Shown here: piece by piece, positions 9,492-19,418 of the stretch
Layout: each line of letters starts with the position of its first letter
Position numbering within the stretch: position 1 is the stretch's first letter
Assembly (NCBI GenBank): GCA_041740355.1
Contig: JBGSMD010000016.1
Location: 1 to 64,000 of the forward strand
Reading direction: 5' to 3'
DNA length: 64,000 bases
Source: Bdellovibrionota bacterium
GTDB taxonomy: Bacteria > Bdellovibrionota_C > UBA2361 > CALJRW01
The notes under the pieces: generated by a model
Told to the model about the DNA's origin: nothing
Seen by the model: the letters and a program-made list of their open reading frames with translations, nothing else
Databases searched by the model: none
Made by a program: the position numbers and the translations under genes

Positions 9492-9709
9492 AATATTTTT
9501 TTAATAAATTTTGTGTTTGTAGACTCACTAAATTTAATCGAGTGGTCTCAATAAATTAATATAAGAGAGATTAAGAATATTTCTCCCTAATGACAAGAGA
9601 GTTTATACCATAAGCTATTAAATTTTACTGAATAAATTGCAAAAACGCTTGGGTGTTGTTGTTCCACATTTTTTAGTAGAACAGATTTTCTTTTTAACAC
9701 ACTTTCCCA

Positions 9710-10705
9710 TTAAAAATCATCCTTTTGTTTTTTCACCTTGTTTTCTAAGGCTCTAGCAACCTCAAGATCGGATCTTTCGGTGTAGCGCATGGTAATTTTC
9801 ACATCGCCATGACCTAGAGCTTGAGAGACAAGTCTGATATCCTTGGAACTTTCTAGTAAGTCCATGGCAAAAGTGTGACGGAGTAAGTGGGGATGAAGCA
9901 TAATCTCGGCGCTGAACTCATTTATTGCACGCCACAGTGTTTTTGATCCCATTAAAAAAGTTTGTGGGTCTAAGGGATCACATTTGTAAGTACTAATAAA
10001 AAGGGGAAGTTTTTGATCAAATTTTAAATCGAGTTTGCCAAGATGTTTTTTTAATTCAACTTGGCGGCGGTCAAGATAAGGAATTAAAATTTCTTTAATT
10101 TTAGAATTTAAATAAACATTGCGATACCGTTTACCCTTCGTACGGACATTCTTAATCCAATCAATCTGTTCATCAATTTGAGAAAGTCTTAGCAAGCGCA
10201 CTTCATCAGCGCGAAGACCTGTTTCCAGTAAAAAACATAAAAGCACCTGATTGCGGTACCGAATAAAAGAATTCTTATGATCAACTCTGGAAGTTGCTCG
10301 TTCCATGATACTTGCGAGTTCTTCTGAGCTTAGGGATTTCGGAATTGTTGTTTGCATTTTAGGAGTTTTCAGCTCCTTAGTTGGATTCTTAAAATTTGGA
10401 ATTTGATCCGCTAGGGTCCTACCGCAATGTTTTAATGTAGCTAAGCGACGAGAAACTGTAGCGGGACTTTCTTCCTGTAAACAAGCCTCTGCAAACTGTA
10501 GACTACTGGAGTGATCCCAGTCTGATAATTTTAATTTATCGGACTTGGAGTATCCTTTGATATTTGTTAGAAATACGATAAACTTTTTTAAATCTAACTG
10601 CTTAGCTTTGGCTGTGTGGGAAGATCCTGAGGCGTAGTAATTGAGATAGTAATCAATTACAGTCTTTAGGGAATTCTGCTCGGGTACTGGTAAGTTTAAA
10701 GTCAT
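9710..10705 (-). CDS. Tyrosine recombinase, XerC/XerD-like
   Basis: Full catalytic set TGLR, KG, HLLRH, LGH, RY; N-terminal SAM-like domain (SPATVSRRLATL). Confidence 0.92.
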   Translation of the reverse strand: MTLNLPVPEQNSLKTVIDYYLNYYASGSSHTAKAKQLDLKKFIVFLTNIKGYSKSDKLKLSDWDHSSSLQFAEACLQEESPATVSRRLATLKHCGRTLADQIPNFKNPTKELKTPKMQTTIPKSLSSEELASIMERATSRVDHKNSFIRYRNQVLLCFLLETGLRADEVRLLRLSQIDEQIDWIKNVRTKGKRYRNVYLNSKIKEILIPYLDRRQVELKKHLGKLDLKFDQKLPLFISTYKCDPLDPQTFLMGSKTLWRAINEFSAEIMLHPHLLRHTFAMDLLESSKDIRLVSQALGHGDVKITMRYTERSDLEVARALENKVKKQKDDF

Positions 10706-10710
10706 AATAT

Positions 10711-10905
10711 TATAGTAATGACAAAAATAATTTACAAAAGTAAATTAAGAGCTGTCATTATGGCTAAGTCAAATCTTGGTCTTTGTCACGCTGAAACTTT
10801 TGAGAAAGCGGATATTCAAGATTGCCTAGCTAAAAACAACATAAATTGTGAGCAACAACAAAATCGTTAAATTTTTAACGTTATTTATCTTTAAGACTCA
10901 ATATA
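10711..10905 (+). mobile_element. TATAGT MITE-like element, subtype 1, with ~29 bp insert in hairpin 2
   Basis: Colinear with 12279-12506 and the reverse complement of 47627-47792. Confidence 0.8.
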
Positions 10906-10917
10906 GTTATAAATCCG

Positions 10918-11721
10918 ATGAGCTTTACGCAAAAGTCCCTATTAATTTGTCCGCCCGATCACTTCGATGTTATTTATGAAATTAATGCTTGGATGAGTGT
11001 TGATCAAAAACCGGAACAGGCAGTTGCTCGTGAACAATGGCATCAATATGAAAATGTATTGGCGATGTTAGATTTTGATTTATATTATCTTCGCCCCGAA
11101 CCTGGTGTGCCTGATTTAGTATTTACTGCCAATCATGGCTTAATACGGGGAAATAAAGTGGTATTGGCCACAATGAAGCATCCGGAACGACAATTGGAGG
11201 CTCCTTTTTATAGCAAATGGTTTGAAGATGCTGGACTTGAAACCTATACTCCCAAGTCTGGATTCTACGAAGGCGAAGGTGATTCATTTATTATTGGTGA
11301 TACGCTTTATTATGGATATGGTTTTAGAAGTGAGAAATCTGTAGCAGAAGAAATTAAAGATTTCTTAGGTTTATCAAAAATAATTTATGTTAAATTGACC
11401 GATCCATACTTCTATCATTTTGATACATGCTTTGCTCCTTTGGGGCAAGACCTTGCAATGCTTTATGAATCTGCAATTGAACCTGAAAGTTTAGCAGAGA
11501 TTAAGAAAAATTTAGAAGTTATCAGTGTCAGCAAAGAAGAGGCTCATCGCTTTTGTTGTAATGCAGTTGTCGGCGGCAAGGATGTTGTCATGCCTGAGGG
11601 CTGTTTTAAGGTTTATTTGGAGCTAGCTAATCGCGGTTTCAATCCTTACCAGGTGCAGTTAAATCAATATTTAAAAGCTGGCGGTGCCGCGAAGTGTTTA
11701 TGTCTGAAGCTTTCAAATTAA
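10918..11721 (+). CDS. Amidinotransferase family protein (DDAH/arginine deiminase-like)
   Basis: Y.IN.WM, PDLVFTAN, EGEGD, FYHFDTCF, GGAAKCL. Confidence 0.9.
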   Translation: MSFTQKSLLICPPDHFDVIYEINAWMSVDQKPEQAVAREQWHQYENVLAMLDFDLYYLRPEPGVPDLVFTANHGLIRGNKVVLATMKHPERQLEAPFYSKWFEDAGLETYTPKSGFYEGEGDSFIIGDTLYYGYGFRSEKSVAEEIKDFLGLSKIIYVKLTDPYFYHFDTCFAPLGQDLAMLYESAIEPESLAEIKKNLEVISVSKEEAHRFCCNAVVGGKDVVMPEGCFKVYLELANRGFNPYQVQLNQYLKAGGAAKCLCLKLSN

Positions 11722-11727
11722 GTACTA

Positions 11728-12267
11728 TTACTTATTAGTTTTTGCCGGAACTTGATAAAGAAAAACATTATCCTCTTTTCGAATTAAGGTTAACTCGGCA
11801 ATCTCAAATCTATATGATACAACAGTTGCCCCAGGGCGCATTTCCGCAATAATTTTCTTACCCAGTTTGTCAGCAAAGCAGGCAGTCATATAAGATGCAA
11901 GGATATCAACTTCGGAGATATCAAAAGTCCAAATATTTTTCAAATGGATATAAACATTCTTTTTACCTGAAAGAAAAAATCTCAACCGACTATATGCAAC
12001 TAGTAATGGGTTAATTTCGATTCCAATGCACTTTTTGGCACCAGCTTTACAAAAAGCAGCTAAGATTCTTCCATCACCTGAACCAAAATCAAGGACAGTG
12101 TCAGTCGGCTTAAGTCCTGATATTCTGACTAGATGATCAACGCGTTTTTGAGGAGTTGGAATATAGGCTGAACCTCTAAAGATTGCGATCAGTGTGTAGA
12201 CAAACTGAATCATCAACAAAAAATATGCAAATATTATTAGTAAGGCAATTGTAAGGTGTAAGGCCAT
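11728..12267 (-). CDS. Class I SAM-dependent methyltransferase, membrane anchored
   Basis: YIPT, DFGSGDGRI, GIEIN, VVSYRF. Confidence 0.88.
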   Translation of the reverse strand: MALHLTIALLIIFAYFLLMIQFVYTLIAIFRGSAYIPTPQKRVDHLVRISGLKPTDTVLDFGSGDGRILAAFCKAGAKKCIGIEINPLLVAYSRLRFFLSGKKNVYIHLKNIWTFDISEVDILASYMTACFADKLGKKIIAEMRPGATVVSYRFEIAELTLIRKEDNVFLYQVPAKTNK

Positions 12268-12278
12268 TGTTTGATAGA

Positions 12279-12506
12279 TATAGTAATGACAAAAAATAAT
12301 TTACTGCCTGCCTAGCCGAAGCTTCAGCGAAGGCTGGTTAGTAAATTAAACAGAGTCATTACGGCTAATGCAAATCTTGAATTCCCACCTTCGCTAAAGC
12401 TATGGCAGCCAAGTATCCAAGTTTGCATAGTTAAAAACAACATAAATAGTGAGTCAAAGCAAAATCCTTGGGTTTTTAAAGTAATTTATTTTTCGGACTC
12501 ACTATA
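12279..12506 (+). mobile_element. TATAGT MITE-like element, subtype 1, with two ~30 bp inserts; a further left-end fragment follows at 12530-12556
   Basis: TATAGTAATGACAAAAAATAATTTAC...GTAATTTATTTTTCGGACTCACTATA imperfect terminal inverted repeats. Confidence 0.88.
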
Positions 12507-12595
12507 ATAAATCCCTTCTAGAAGTATTATATAGTAAGTCCAAAAATTAATTTTCTAGACGCTTAATTGTGTGCAAAGACTATCCTATCTGAAGA

Positions 12596-12961
12596 TTAAG
12601 TTAAGTTGCTTCTTTCAATAATTGCTAACACATCAGCAGTTTCAATAATTCTCAAATTATCATCCCAAGGAACCTTAATGCCAATTGCTTTTTCGATCAA
12701 GACTAAAGCATCTTGTGGAATGCCACTAATATTAGTTGGCTCGTCATCCTCTTCTTCGTTAGCCATAGCTACGGCAACGACTTGGGCAATCACCGATTCC
12801 GAAAGATTATCTTTAGCATTATCAGGAATGTATAATCCACCATTAGATTTCTCATGAGGAACTAATATTTTCACAAGCACCCGCATTCCTAAGGGATTAA
12901 TACTATGCACGGTTTTTCCATCAATTACAAAGGAAGCGTTATCGTTCATTGAGTTATTCAT
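12596..12961 (-). CDS. groES: Co-chaperonin GroES family protein (orphan, divergent)
   Basis: PLGMRVLVK, KSNGGLYIPDNAK, VVAV, IIETADVLAII. Confidence 0.8.
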   Translation of the reverse strand: MNNSMNDNASFVIDGKTVHSINPLGMRVLVKILVPHEKSNGGLYIPDNAKDNLSESVIAQVVAVAMANEEEDDEPTNISGIPQDALVLIEKAIGIKVPWDDNLRIIETADVLAIIERSNLT

Positions 12962-13039
12962 ATTTTCTTTTTTTCTAGATCGATATTGGTATTTTGGACT
13001 TATAAGACTTGTTAACTATAAACTAAAGCTTTTAGCTAT

Positions 13040-13792
13040 TCAATTCCGACGAGCATCTCGGCTAGAGTTGACATAAAAATCTTTTAAACTAAGCGCAAAA
13101 GCTCGGCTAAAGGCATCTTTTTCTTCCGTTTTAAGATATTCCAGATAATGCCTGATTCGAGAGCTGTTGGTTACTTTTAATAGATAAGCAAACATCAGCT
13201 TTGATTGTTTATAGGCAGTAATTGCTTTCTCTTTAGGAAGTAATGCAAATGAATTTTCGAGTTCAGTAATTTGTAATATTCTAGATTCATAGACCATTCT
13301 TCGATCTCTGTCCTTTTCTACTTCTGAATAATGACCTTCCATGTATTGAGCTAGTCCCTCATCAAACCAAGCAGGAGATTTTCCTGCCGTTAGGCAATCA
13401 AGATAAGCATGAGTTAGTTCATGCTTTAAAGTTGAAGAAAACTGTTCGTAAGAGTTAGTTATTGAGAAATTTAAAAATATATTTTCCTTAGCATAAAATC
13501 CATTGGGCTTTAAGCTGGAATATAGAATAATACTAAATTGTTCATTGGAAACTAAAAATAATCTTGGACTCGGGCACTTTGGTTGGGGAAATATTTTTAA
13601 TAATTCTTGATTTGCTTCCTTCCACGCACGCTTAACGATGCTAAGTTGATTTAACCAAATAGTATCTTCTACCTGATAATTTAGCGTCCAAGGTTTTGTA
13701 GTGCGCTGGATGTTTTGTGAGGAACATCCAATAATTAGAAGACTAGCAACTAGTAATACTAGGCAGAATTTAATATTCAGAATCTTACCCAA
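13040..13792 (-). CDS. Peptidase MA-like metalloprotease lipoprotein
   Basis: Lipobox IIGC, HELTH, PAWFDEGLAQY. Confidence 0.82.
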   Translation of the reverse strand: MGKILNIKFCLVLLVASLLIIGCSSQNIQRTTKPWTLNYQVEDTIWLNQLSIVKRAWKEANQELLKIFPQPKCPSPRLFLVSNEQFSIILYSSLKPNGFYAKENIFLNFSITNSYEQFSSTLKHELTHAYLDCLTAGKSPAWFDEGLAQYMEGHYSEVEKDRDRRMVYESRILQITELENSFALLPKEKAITAYKQSKLMFAYLLKVTNSSRIRHYLEYLKTEEKDAFSRAFALSLKDFYVNSSRDARRN

Positions 13793-14759
13793 GAATTTGT
13801 GTAATTTCTTTCAGGCACATTTCAACATTGGGTCTAATGTAATTTTCCAGTACTTTGGAGTATGGCATTGGAACATCCATTGTGGAAACCAGACCTATCG
13901 GAGCATCTAATTGATCAAAGATTTCTCTTTGAATCATGTGAGAAAGATATGCTCCATAACTAGCAGTTTCAAATTGATCTTGAATAATAATACAACGATT
14001 AGTTTTAGAAACTGATTTAAGCACTGCTTCCTTATCTAGCGGTCGCAGAGTTCGCAGATCTAATACTTCAGCGCTGATACCTTGTTCCGCTAATTTTTCA
14101 GCAACTTGCAAAGTAATAAATACCGAGCGTGACCATGAAATTAAAGTAACATCAGTACCTTCTTTCTTAATATCAGCTTTTCCAATTGGAATTATGTATT
14201 CTTCCTCAGGAACCTCACCACGCAGTCCATAAGTTAATTCGGCTTCTAAAAAAATTACTGGATCGCTATTTCTGATAGCACTTTTTAATAAACCTTTAGT
14301 GTCATAAGGAGTTGAAGGTGCAATGACCACTAGTCCGGGCGTATTGGCATAGATGCCTTCTAAGTAGTTAACGTGTTGTGCTCCAAGTTGAAAAGCTCCG
14401 CCATTTGCTCCACGAAAAACTATTGGACATGTTAATTGCCCACCAGACATTAAATGCGCCTTCGCTGCGCTATTGATAATTTGATCAATGGCTACTAAGG
14501 AAAAGTTAAATGTCATAAACTCAACAATTGGACGAAGCCCACACATAGCGGCACCTACACCAATTCCCGAAAATCCAGTTTCGGCGATTGGAGCATCGAT
14601 GACTCTTTGCGCACCAAACTCTTCTAGCATTCCTTTGGAACATTTGTAGGCGCCATTATAAGCACCAACTTCTTCGCCAACTAAAAAGACATTTGGATCA
14701 CGACGCATTTCTTCGCTCATTGCTTCACGAATGGCATCTCTCATCATAATTTCACGCAT
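13785..14759 (-). CDS. pdhB: Pyruvate dehydrogenase E1 beta subunit
   Basis: GEEVG.YNGAYK, PIAE.GF.G, EFMTFNF, DLRTLRPLD. Confidence 0.95.
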   Translation of the reverse strand: MREIMMRDAIREAMSEEMRRDPNVFLVGEEVGAYNGAYKCSKGMLEEFGAQRVIDAPIAETGFSGIGVGAAMCGLRPIVEFMTFNFSLVAIDQIINSAAKAHLMSGGQLTCPIVFRGANGGAFQLGAQHVNYLEGIYANTPGLVVIAPSTPYDTKGLLKSAIRNSDPVIFLEAELTYGLRGEVPEEEYIIPIGKADIKKEGTDVTLISWSRSVFITLQVAEKLAEQGISAEVLDLRTLRPLDKEAVLKSVSKTNRCIIIQDQFETASYGAYLSHMIQREIFDQLDAPIGLVSTMDVPMPYSKVLENYIRPNVEMCLKEITQILG

Positions 14760-14785
14760 GGGGAACTCCTAAGTAAAGATCTAAA

Positions 14786-15745
14786 CTATTGTTTTAGATC
14801 AAAATAAGCATATTTGGCGGCATCAGCGATATCTGGAAAATCTGATTTTTCAGCAAAGTCTACTGCTTCAGCAATTTCAGCTTCAATTTCTTGAATAACT
14901 TTTTCGCGCACGGCAGAAAGACCCAGCTCATTTAATTTATCTCCTAAGACAGAGATTGGGTCACGGCTTCTCCAAGCTTCAACATCATCTTTAGTACGGT
15001 ACGTTCCCGGGTCTGCCATGGAATGTCCACGATAGCGATAGGTTTTAGCCTCGATTAGTGTAGGCTGACTTTGTTCCCGCGCTCTTTTAGCTGCTTTGTG
15101 GACTGCCGCGCGAACAGCAAAAATATCATGACCATCAACAGTTTCTCTCGCCATCGGATAACCTAAGGCACGAATCGAAAGATCCTCGCTAGTAGCAGTT
15201 TTTTCCAGTGGAGTTCCCATCGCAAAGTGATTGTTTTCTATAATAAAAATTGCTGGTAATTCCCAAAGAGCTGCTAGGGCTAGACCTTCATGGAATGCTC
15301 CAATATTAATTGAACCATCGCCCAAAAAACTTAGGCTGACATTTTTATTACCTTTGTATTTATTAGCAAAGGCCATTCCGGCAGACATTGGAATTTGACC
15401 CCCAATGATTGCCCACCCACCATAGAAAGCATGCTCCACATCAAAAAAATGCATTGATCCACCGCGACCTTTAGAACAACCTGTAACTTTTCCCATTAGT
15501 TCGGCCATACCAGCTTTAGGAGATCCACCACGAGCCAAATAATGACCGTGACAACGATATGATGTTAAAATTTGATCTTGAGGATCTAAAACAGAGATTG
15601 CGCCAACCGCAACTGCTTCCTGACCAATATATAGGTGTAAGAATCCACCAATTTTTCTTTCCGTGTAAAGCCTAGCGGCTTCTTCTTCGAATCTTCTAAT
15701 TCGCAACATGTTTGTGTAGAGCTGGGTTATGAGGTCTTGATCCAT
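14786..15745 (-). CDS. pdhA: Pyruvate dehydrogenase E1 alpha subunit
   Basis: GFLHLYIGQEA, GRGGSMH, GDG...NN TPP motif, YRYRGHSMADP. Confidence 0.95.
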   Translation of the reverse strand: MDQDLITQLYTNMLRIRRFEEEAARLYTERKIGGFLHLYIGQEAVAVGAISVLDPQDQILTSYRCHGHYLARGGSPKAGMAELMGKVTGCSKGRGGSMHFFDVEHAFYGGWAIIGGQIPMSAGMAFANKYKGNKNVSLSFLGDGSINIGAFHEGLALAALWELPAIFIIENNHFAMGTPLEKTATSEDLSIRALGYPMARETVDGHDIFAVRAAVHKAAKRAREQSQPTLIEAKTYRYRGHSMADPGTYRTKDDVEAWRSRDPISVLGDKLNELGLSAVREKVIQEIEAEIAEAVDFAEKSDFPDIADAAKYAYFDLKQ

Positions 15746-16256
15746 AATACTTTACTTAACAGTTAAACGCCCACACCAAACTAAGATGGAAAGCTTAAAA
15801 TAAAAAATTATTATAAAGCCTTTTAGTTGCTGGGAGTATATTTAAAATAGTTTACCAAAATAATAATATACTAGGCTACAACGAAGATTACCGTTTTAAA
15901 TCTAGTCGCCTAGTATATATCATGCACACTGTGTTTCAGGCGACCCAAGTGGGAAGCTTAGGTTTCAACCTTATAAAATAAGGTTAATAACTGGGGAAAC
16001 CAATATGCTAAAACCCAAATAAGCTAAAATGTGAGACACATTTTCCAAGCAGTACAGTAATACTTAATGGATTTTAGTATATACGGTTAGTTTCATTTCT
16101 CTAATCACTCATATTAAGAAGAATTCTTATATCTAATTCTCCGTATACCGAAGTGGAAGTTAGCAAAAATCAGGATTAGTGGCAATTAGCTACAGATTTT
16201 GAAAATGCAATCAATTTTAAATTAAGAATTCAAATTTTAGGCGACTCCATGTCTTC

Positions 16257-16781
16257 TTAGGAAGTTTGCTCGCAGAGCTCTTTCATCGGTATTGCCTCTC
16301 CACCATTTCCTTGAACCCATGCGGGACTAGTTAACGGGTACTTCACACCATTATGCAAAAAATGACTACCACCACAGGCTGCGACTGTTATTTGTGGCAC
16401 AGCAAAATTATATACTTGGGGACCTTCGGCAGGACAAATATTCCCACCAAACCATAAAATCATATAAATTCGTTCCTTTAGATTCAGTGCTGAAGGCATA
16501 AATTGCTCTACGTACTTTGAAAAATAAGGTAAATTAATTACTATGCTACTTGGATTGCGCATGAAGACTACAGTATTGCAATACTGCCCATAACGCTCCT
16601 GACCGTCAGCAATAAATGCTTCGGCAACTTCAATAGCTCTACGGTGATAATTTAAGGTGTATATATCAATGGCTTTTTCCCGATATACCTGAAAGTTAGA
16701 TACTGAGATGCTACTTAATATTCCTACAACAGCAACTGTTACTAGAGTTTCGACCAGTGTAAAAGCCTTTTGTCCGCGCAT
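16257..16781 (-). CDS. Prepilin-type (type IV pilin-like) protein
   Basis: Class III signal KA/FTLVE followed by a hydrophobic helix; Cys residues in the head. Confidence 0.85.
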   Translation of the reverse strand: MRGQKAFTLVETLVTVAVVGILSSISVSNFQVYREKAIDIYTLNYHRRAIEVAEAFIADGQERYGQYCNTVVFMRNPSSIVINLPYFSKYVEQFMPSALNLKERIYMILWFGGNICPAEGPQVYNFAVPQITVAACGGSHFLHNGVKYPLTSPAWVQGNGGEAIPMKELCEQTS

Positions 16782-17024
16782 GTTGAAATTCTAATTAGAT
16801 AGTTTTATTAACTATTTTACCTGTTTGGCATGTGATTTACAATGATCTAAAATTAACTATTCCATAACATATTCAGATATAATCCTAATATCTATTAGGA
16901 TACAAAAAGGTAATAAATGAATATAGGAGCTTATTTGGTCAATAAGATTTAATCGCCTAGCAGATGTGGGCAGCGACAGAATTAAAATATTTTTGTTGAA
17001 AACTCATTTAATATGTTGATATTA

Positions 17025-17172
17025 TGTAGTTATTCCAAAAAATTATTTACCCATTAACAAAATAAAGTAAATTGTTTTTTGTAATAACTATATTATTTTA
17101 TTATCCCTTCGGGGAATTGAAAGCCCTAAAATTAATTCCAGATGTTAATTATTTTTGGACTTTCTTAATATA
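17025..17172 (-). mobile_element. Degenerate TATAGT MITE-like element, subtype 2
   Basis: ...TTTTTGTAATAACTATATTATTTTATTATCCCTTCGGGG...TTTTTGGAC...AATATA aligns with 63224-63370; length 148 versus 147. Confidence 0.65.
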
Positions 17173-17210
17173 ATAACTCCAACTTCCAACTTAATTAATT
17201 ATCATCTTTA

Positions 17211-17783
17211 GTGCATAATTTAGACCTCTACTTTACAAGTAGTCCAGATCTGCAGCTAGTGAAGACTTGTTTTTATTTTAATTATGAAAGACCAATTATC
17301 ACCGAAAGAGGAAAATGTTTTCCACATTCCACTAAGTCAGGTAGTTTTATTTGGTCTAACGGAGTAAAGGCTTTAGTTTATTTATTGCTTCAATCCGTTT
17401 GTTTGGCACAGCTTGGTTCAGCTAATCAGTATATCTTATCTGGTACTAAGAAAAGTTTGGCCCATACTTTAGCTCTTACTCTATTAAAGGAACCCAATTG
17501 GTTAATTGAAATGTGTGGAGTGGATATTAACGGCAAGGCTAGGGCAAGAAAATTGGTAAACATTCGAAATCCATATTACAATTTAGGAGAAAAAGTCGAG
17601 TTAAGTCTTAATACTCAATTTTTAAGTTTCTCGCAGATTAATTTCTATCTGAACAATAAAAAACAAACTTCAGGTAAAAATTTGCTTCAACTTCGTAATT
17701 GGTTGCGGGCATCATTGCAAGATTCAGATGCCGGATTGAGCCTCGACAGTCAAATCGCCCAATTAGGGTTTGATTTCTTGTAA
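17211..17783 (+). CDS. Hypothetical protein
   Basis: 190 aa GTG-start ORF divergent from the pilin. Confidence 0.6.
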   Translation: MHNLDLYFTSSPDLQLVKTCFYFNYERPIITERGKCFPHSTKSGSFIWSNGVKALVYLLLQSVCLAQLGSANQYILSGTKKSLAHTLALTLLKEPNWLIEMCGVDINGKARARKLVNIRNPYYNLGEKVELSLNTQFLSFSQINFYLNNKKQTSGKNLLQLRNWLRASLQDSDAGLSLDSQIAQLGFDFL

Positions 17784-17894
17784 ATCTTTTCGGAGAGTCT
17801 GGAGAATCTCAACTATTCAAAGAGAATGGCGAAATTTTTGAAATTGAATTAGTGTTTATTTGAAAACACTCGATTTTATTTTCAAACTAGATTC

Positions 17895-18659
17895 ATGTTA
17901 AAAAAATTAATCTTTCTAATTACCTTGTTACTCAGCCTTAGTTCTACAGTATTAGCTGAAGAAATTTATGACCCTTGGGAAAATACCAATAGAGCTGTCT
18001 TTAATTTGAATGATAAATTAGATATCTATCTGCTTGAACCTGTGGCTAGAACCTATGGAAAGATTACGCCTTCACCATTACAAAAAGGAGTTACTAGCTT
18101 TTTCGAAAATTTACGTTATCCAAGATATTTAGTTAGTGATTTGATTCAGTTTAAGTTTGGACAGGCGCTAAGTCATACAGGAAGATTTTTGATTAACTCT
18201 ACAATCGGTTTAGCTGGGATAATTGATGTTGCTGAGGATATGGGATTAGAGGAACATTACGAAGATTTCGCAACAGCCTTAGCCTATTATGAAGTTCCCG
18301 CGGGGCCTTACATGGTTGTACCTTTTATTGGTTCAAGCAATATTCGAGATTTTAGTGGAAGTGTCGTTGATCGATTATTAAATCCAATTTATTGGTTAGG
18401 TGAGTTTGATGAAATAGATGATACGGATGCTATGCGTATTTCAATTGGTACTACAATCCTAGAAGTTATTAATATGCGTTATAATTATACGGAAGCAATT
18501 AATAGTGCCAAAGAAAGTTCATTAGACTACTATTCTTTTATGCAATCATCTTATTATCAGTATCGGGAAGGCTTAGTTTATGATGGACAGAAACCAACTA
18601 CTGGCTTGAATGTCGATGCCTGGGATGAAGATGAACCAAATTGGAATGAAGAAGAATAG
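17895..18659 (+). CDS. mlaA: VacJ/MlaA family phospholipid transport protein
   Basis: DPWE..NR..F..ND, RFLINSTIG..G..DVA, EDF..AL, GPY.V.PFIG...RD. Confidence 0.92.
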   Translation: MLKKLIFLITLLLSLSSTVLAEEIYDPWENTNRAVFNLNDKLDIYLLEPVARTYGKITPSPLQKGVTSFFENLRYPRYLVSDLIQFKFGQALSHTGRFLINSTIGLAGIIDVAEDMGLEEHYEDFATALAYYEVPAGPYMVVPFIGSSNIRDFSGSVVDRLLNPIYWLGEFDEIDDTDAMRISIGTTILEVINMRYNYTEAINSAKESSLDYYSFMQSSYYQYREGLVYDGQKPTTGLNVDAWDEDEPNWNEEE

Positions 18660-18665
18660 TTAATA

Positions 18666-19256
18666 ATGAACATACACATGATTAAGAATGCCAAGGGCTT
18701 GTTAAATAGTGCACTTGAACAGAGTGTTTTAGTTAAGAAGGAGCTAACAGCTGATTTGAATTTCCAAAGTTCATTTCAACTTGCGGCGGAGTTGCTTTTA
18801 GCAACCCGGATTGCGGGAGGTACTATTTATATCTGTGGAAATGGAGGTTCTGCCTGTGATGCGATGCACTTTAATGAAGAGCTGGTAGCGCGTTATGCTA
18901 AAGAAAGAAAGGGGATTAGGTCTCAACATTTTATGGATATGTCGACGATTACCTGTTGGGGAAATGATTATAGTTTTGAAACTATTTTTAGTCGGCAAGT
19001 GGAAACATTCTGTACTCCGCTAGATGTTTTTGTTGCAATTAGTACATCAGGAAATTCCAAGAATATCATCGCTGGTTTAAAAGCTGCTAAAGAGAAGAAA
19101 GTACCCACAATTTTATTGACAGGTAAGGATGGGGGTATTGCCAAATCGATTGCTGATATTTCCCTGATAGTTAAGACTGATCGTACTGATCGAATTCAGG
19201 AGGCACATATCCTAGCAATCCATGCATTCTGTGAATTTCTAGAACAAGACTTATAA
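18666..19256 (+). CDS. gmhA: Phosphoheptose isomerase
   Basis: CGNGGSACDA.H, GNDY.F..IFSRQ, ISTSGNS, RIQEAH. Confidence 0.93.
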   Translation: MNIHMIKNAKGLLNSALEQSVLVKKELTADLNFQSSFQLAAELLLATRIAGGTIYICGNGGSACDAMHFNEELVARYAKERKGIRSQHFMDMSTITCWGNDYSFETIFSRQVETFCTPLDVFVAISTSGNSKNIIAGLKAAKEKKVPTILLTGKDGGIAKSIADISLIVKTDRTDRIQEAHILAIHAFCEFLEQDL

Positions 19257-19409
19257 AAAGTCGAACTTTCGCACGTTTTCATTGATCTGCTCACTTGAAA
19301 ATACTGGAGAACCATCAAGGTTGCTCCCGTCGTTTTTCTCGTTCGCCGCCTTTGTCTTCACTCAAGCCAGATATGCCGCAATAGCACTTCATGCAAATCT
19401 CGACTTTTT
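19255..19409. repeat. Possible ~155 bp miniature inverted-repeat element
   Basis: AAAAAGTCGA ... TCGACTTTTT termini around a GC-richer interior between convergent genes; single copy in this window. Confidence 0.4.
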
Positions 19410-19418
19410 TGAACGAAG

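Noticed and set aside
9710-10705. Integron integrase
   Set aside because: No IntI-specific insertion is evident before the HxxRH box, the flanking genes are convergent, and no GTTRRRY attC cores were recognised
12496-12506. T7 promoter-like GACTCACTATA in the repeat ends
   Set aside because: Only 11 nt match, the upstream TAATAC and the +1 G are missing, no phage polymerase is present, and the MITE terminus explains it
15870-16960. Recurrent AGGCGAC/GTCGCCT motif and a possible riboswitch around the pdhA-pilin region
   Set aside because: The matches are short and irregularly spaced, and I could not build a known riboswitch fold
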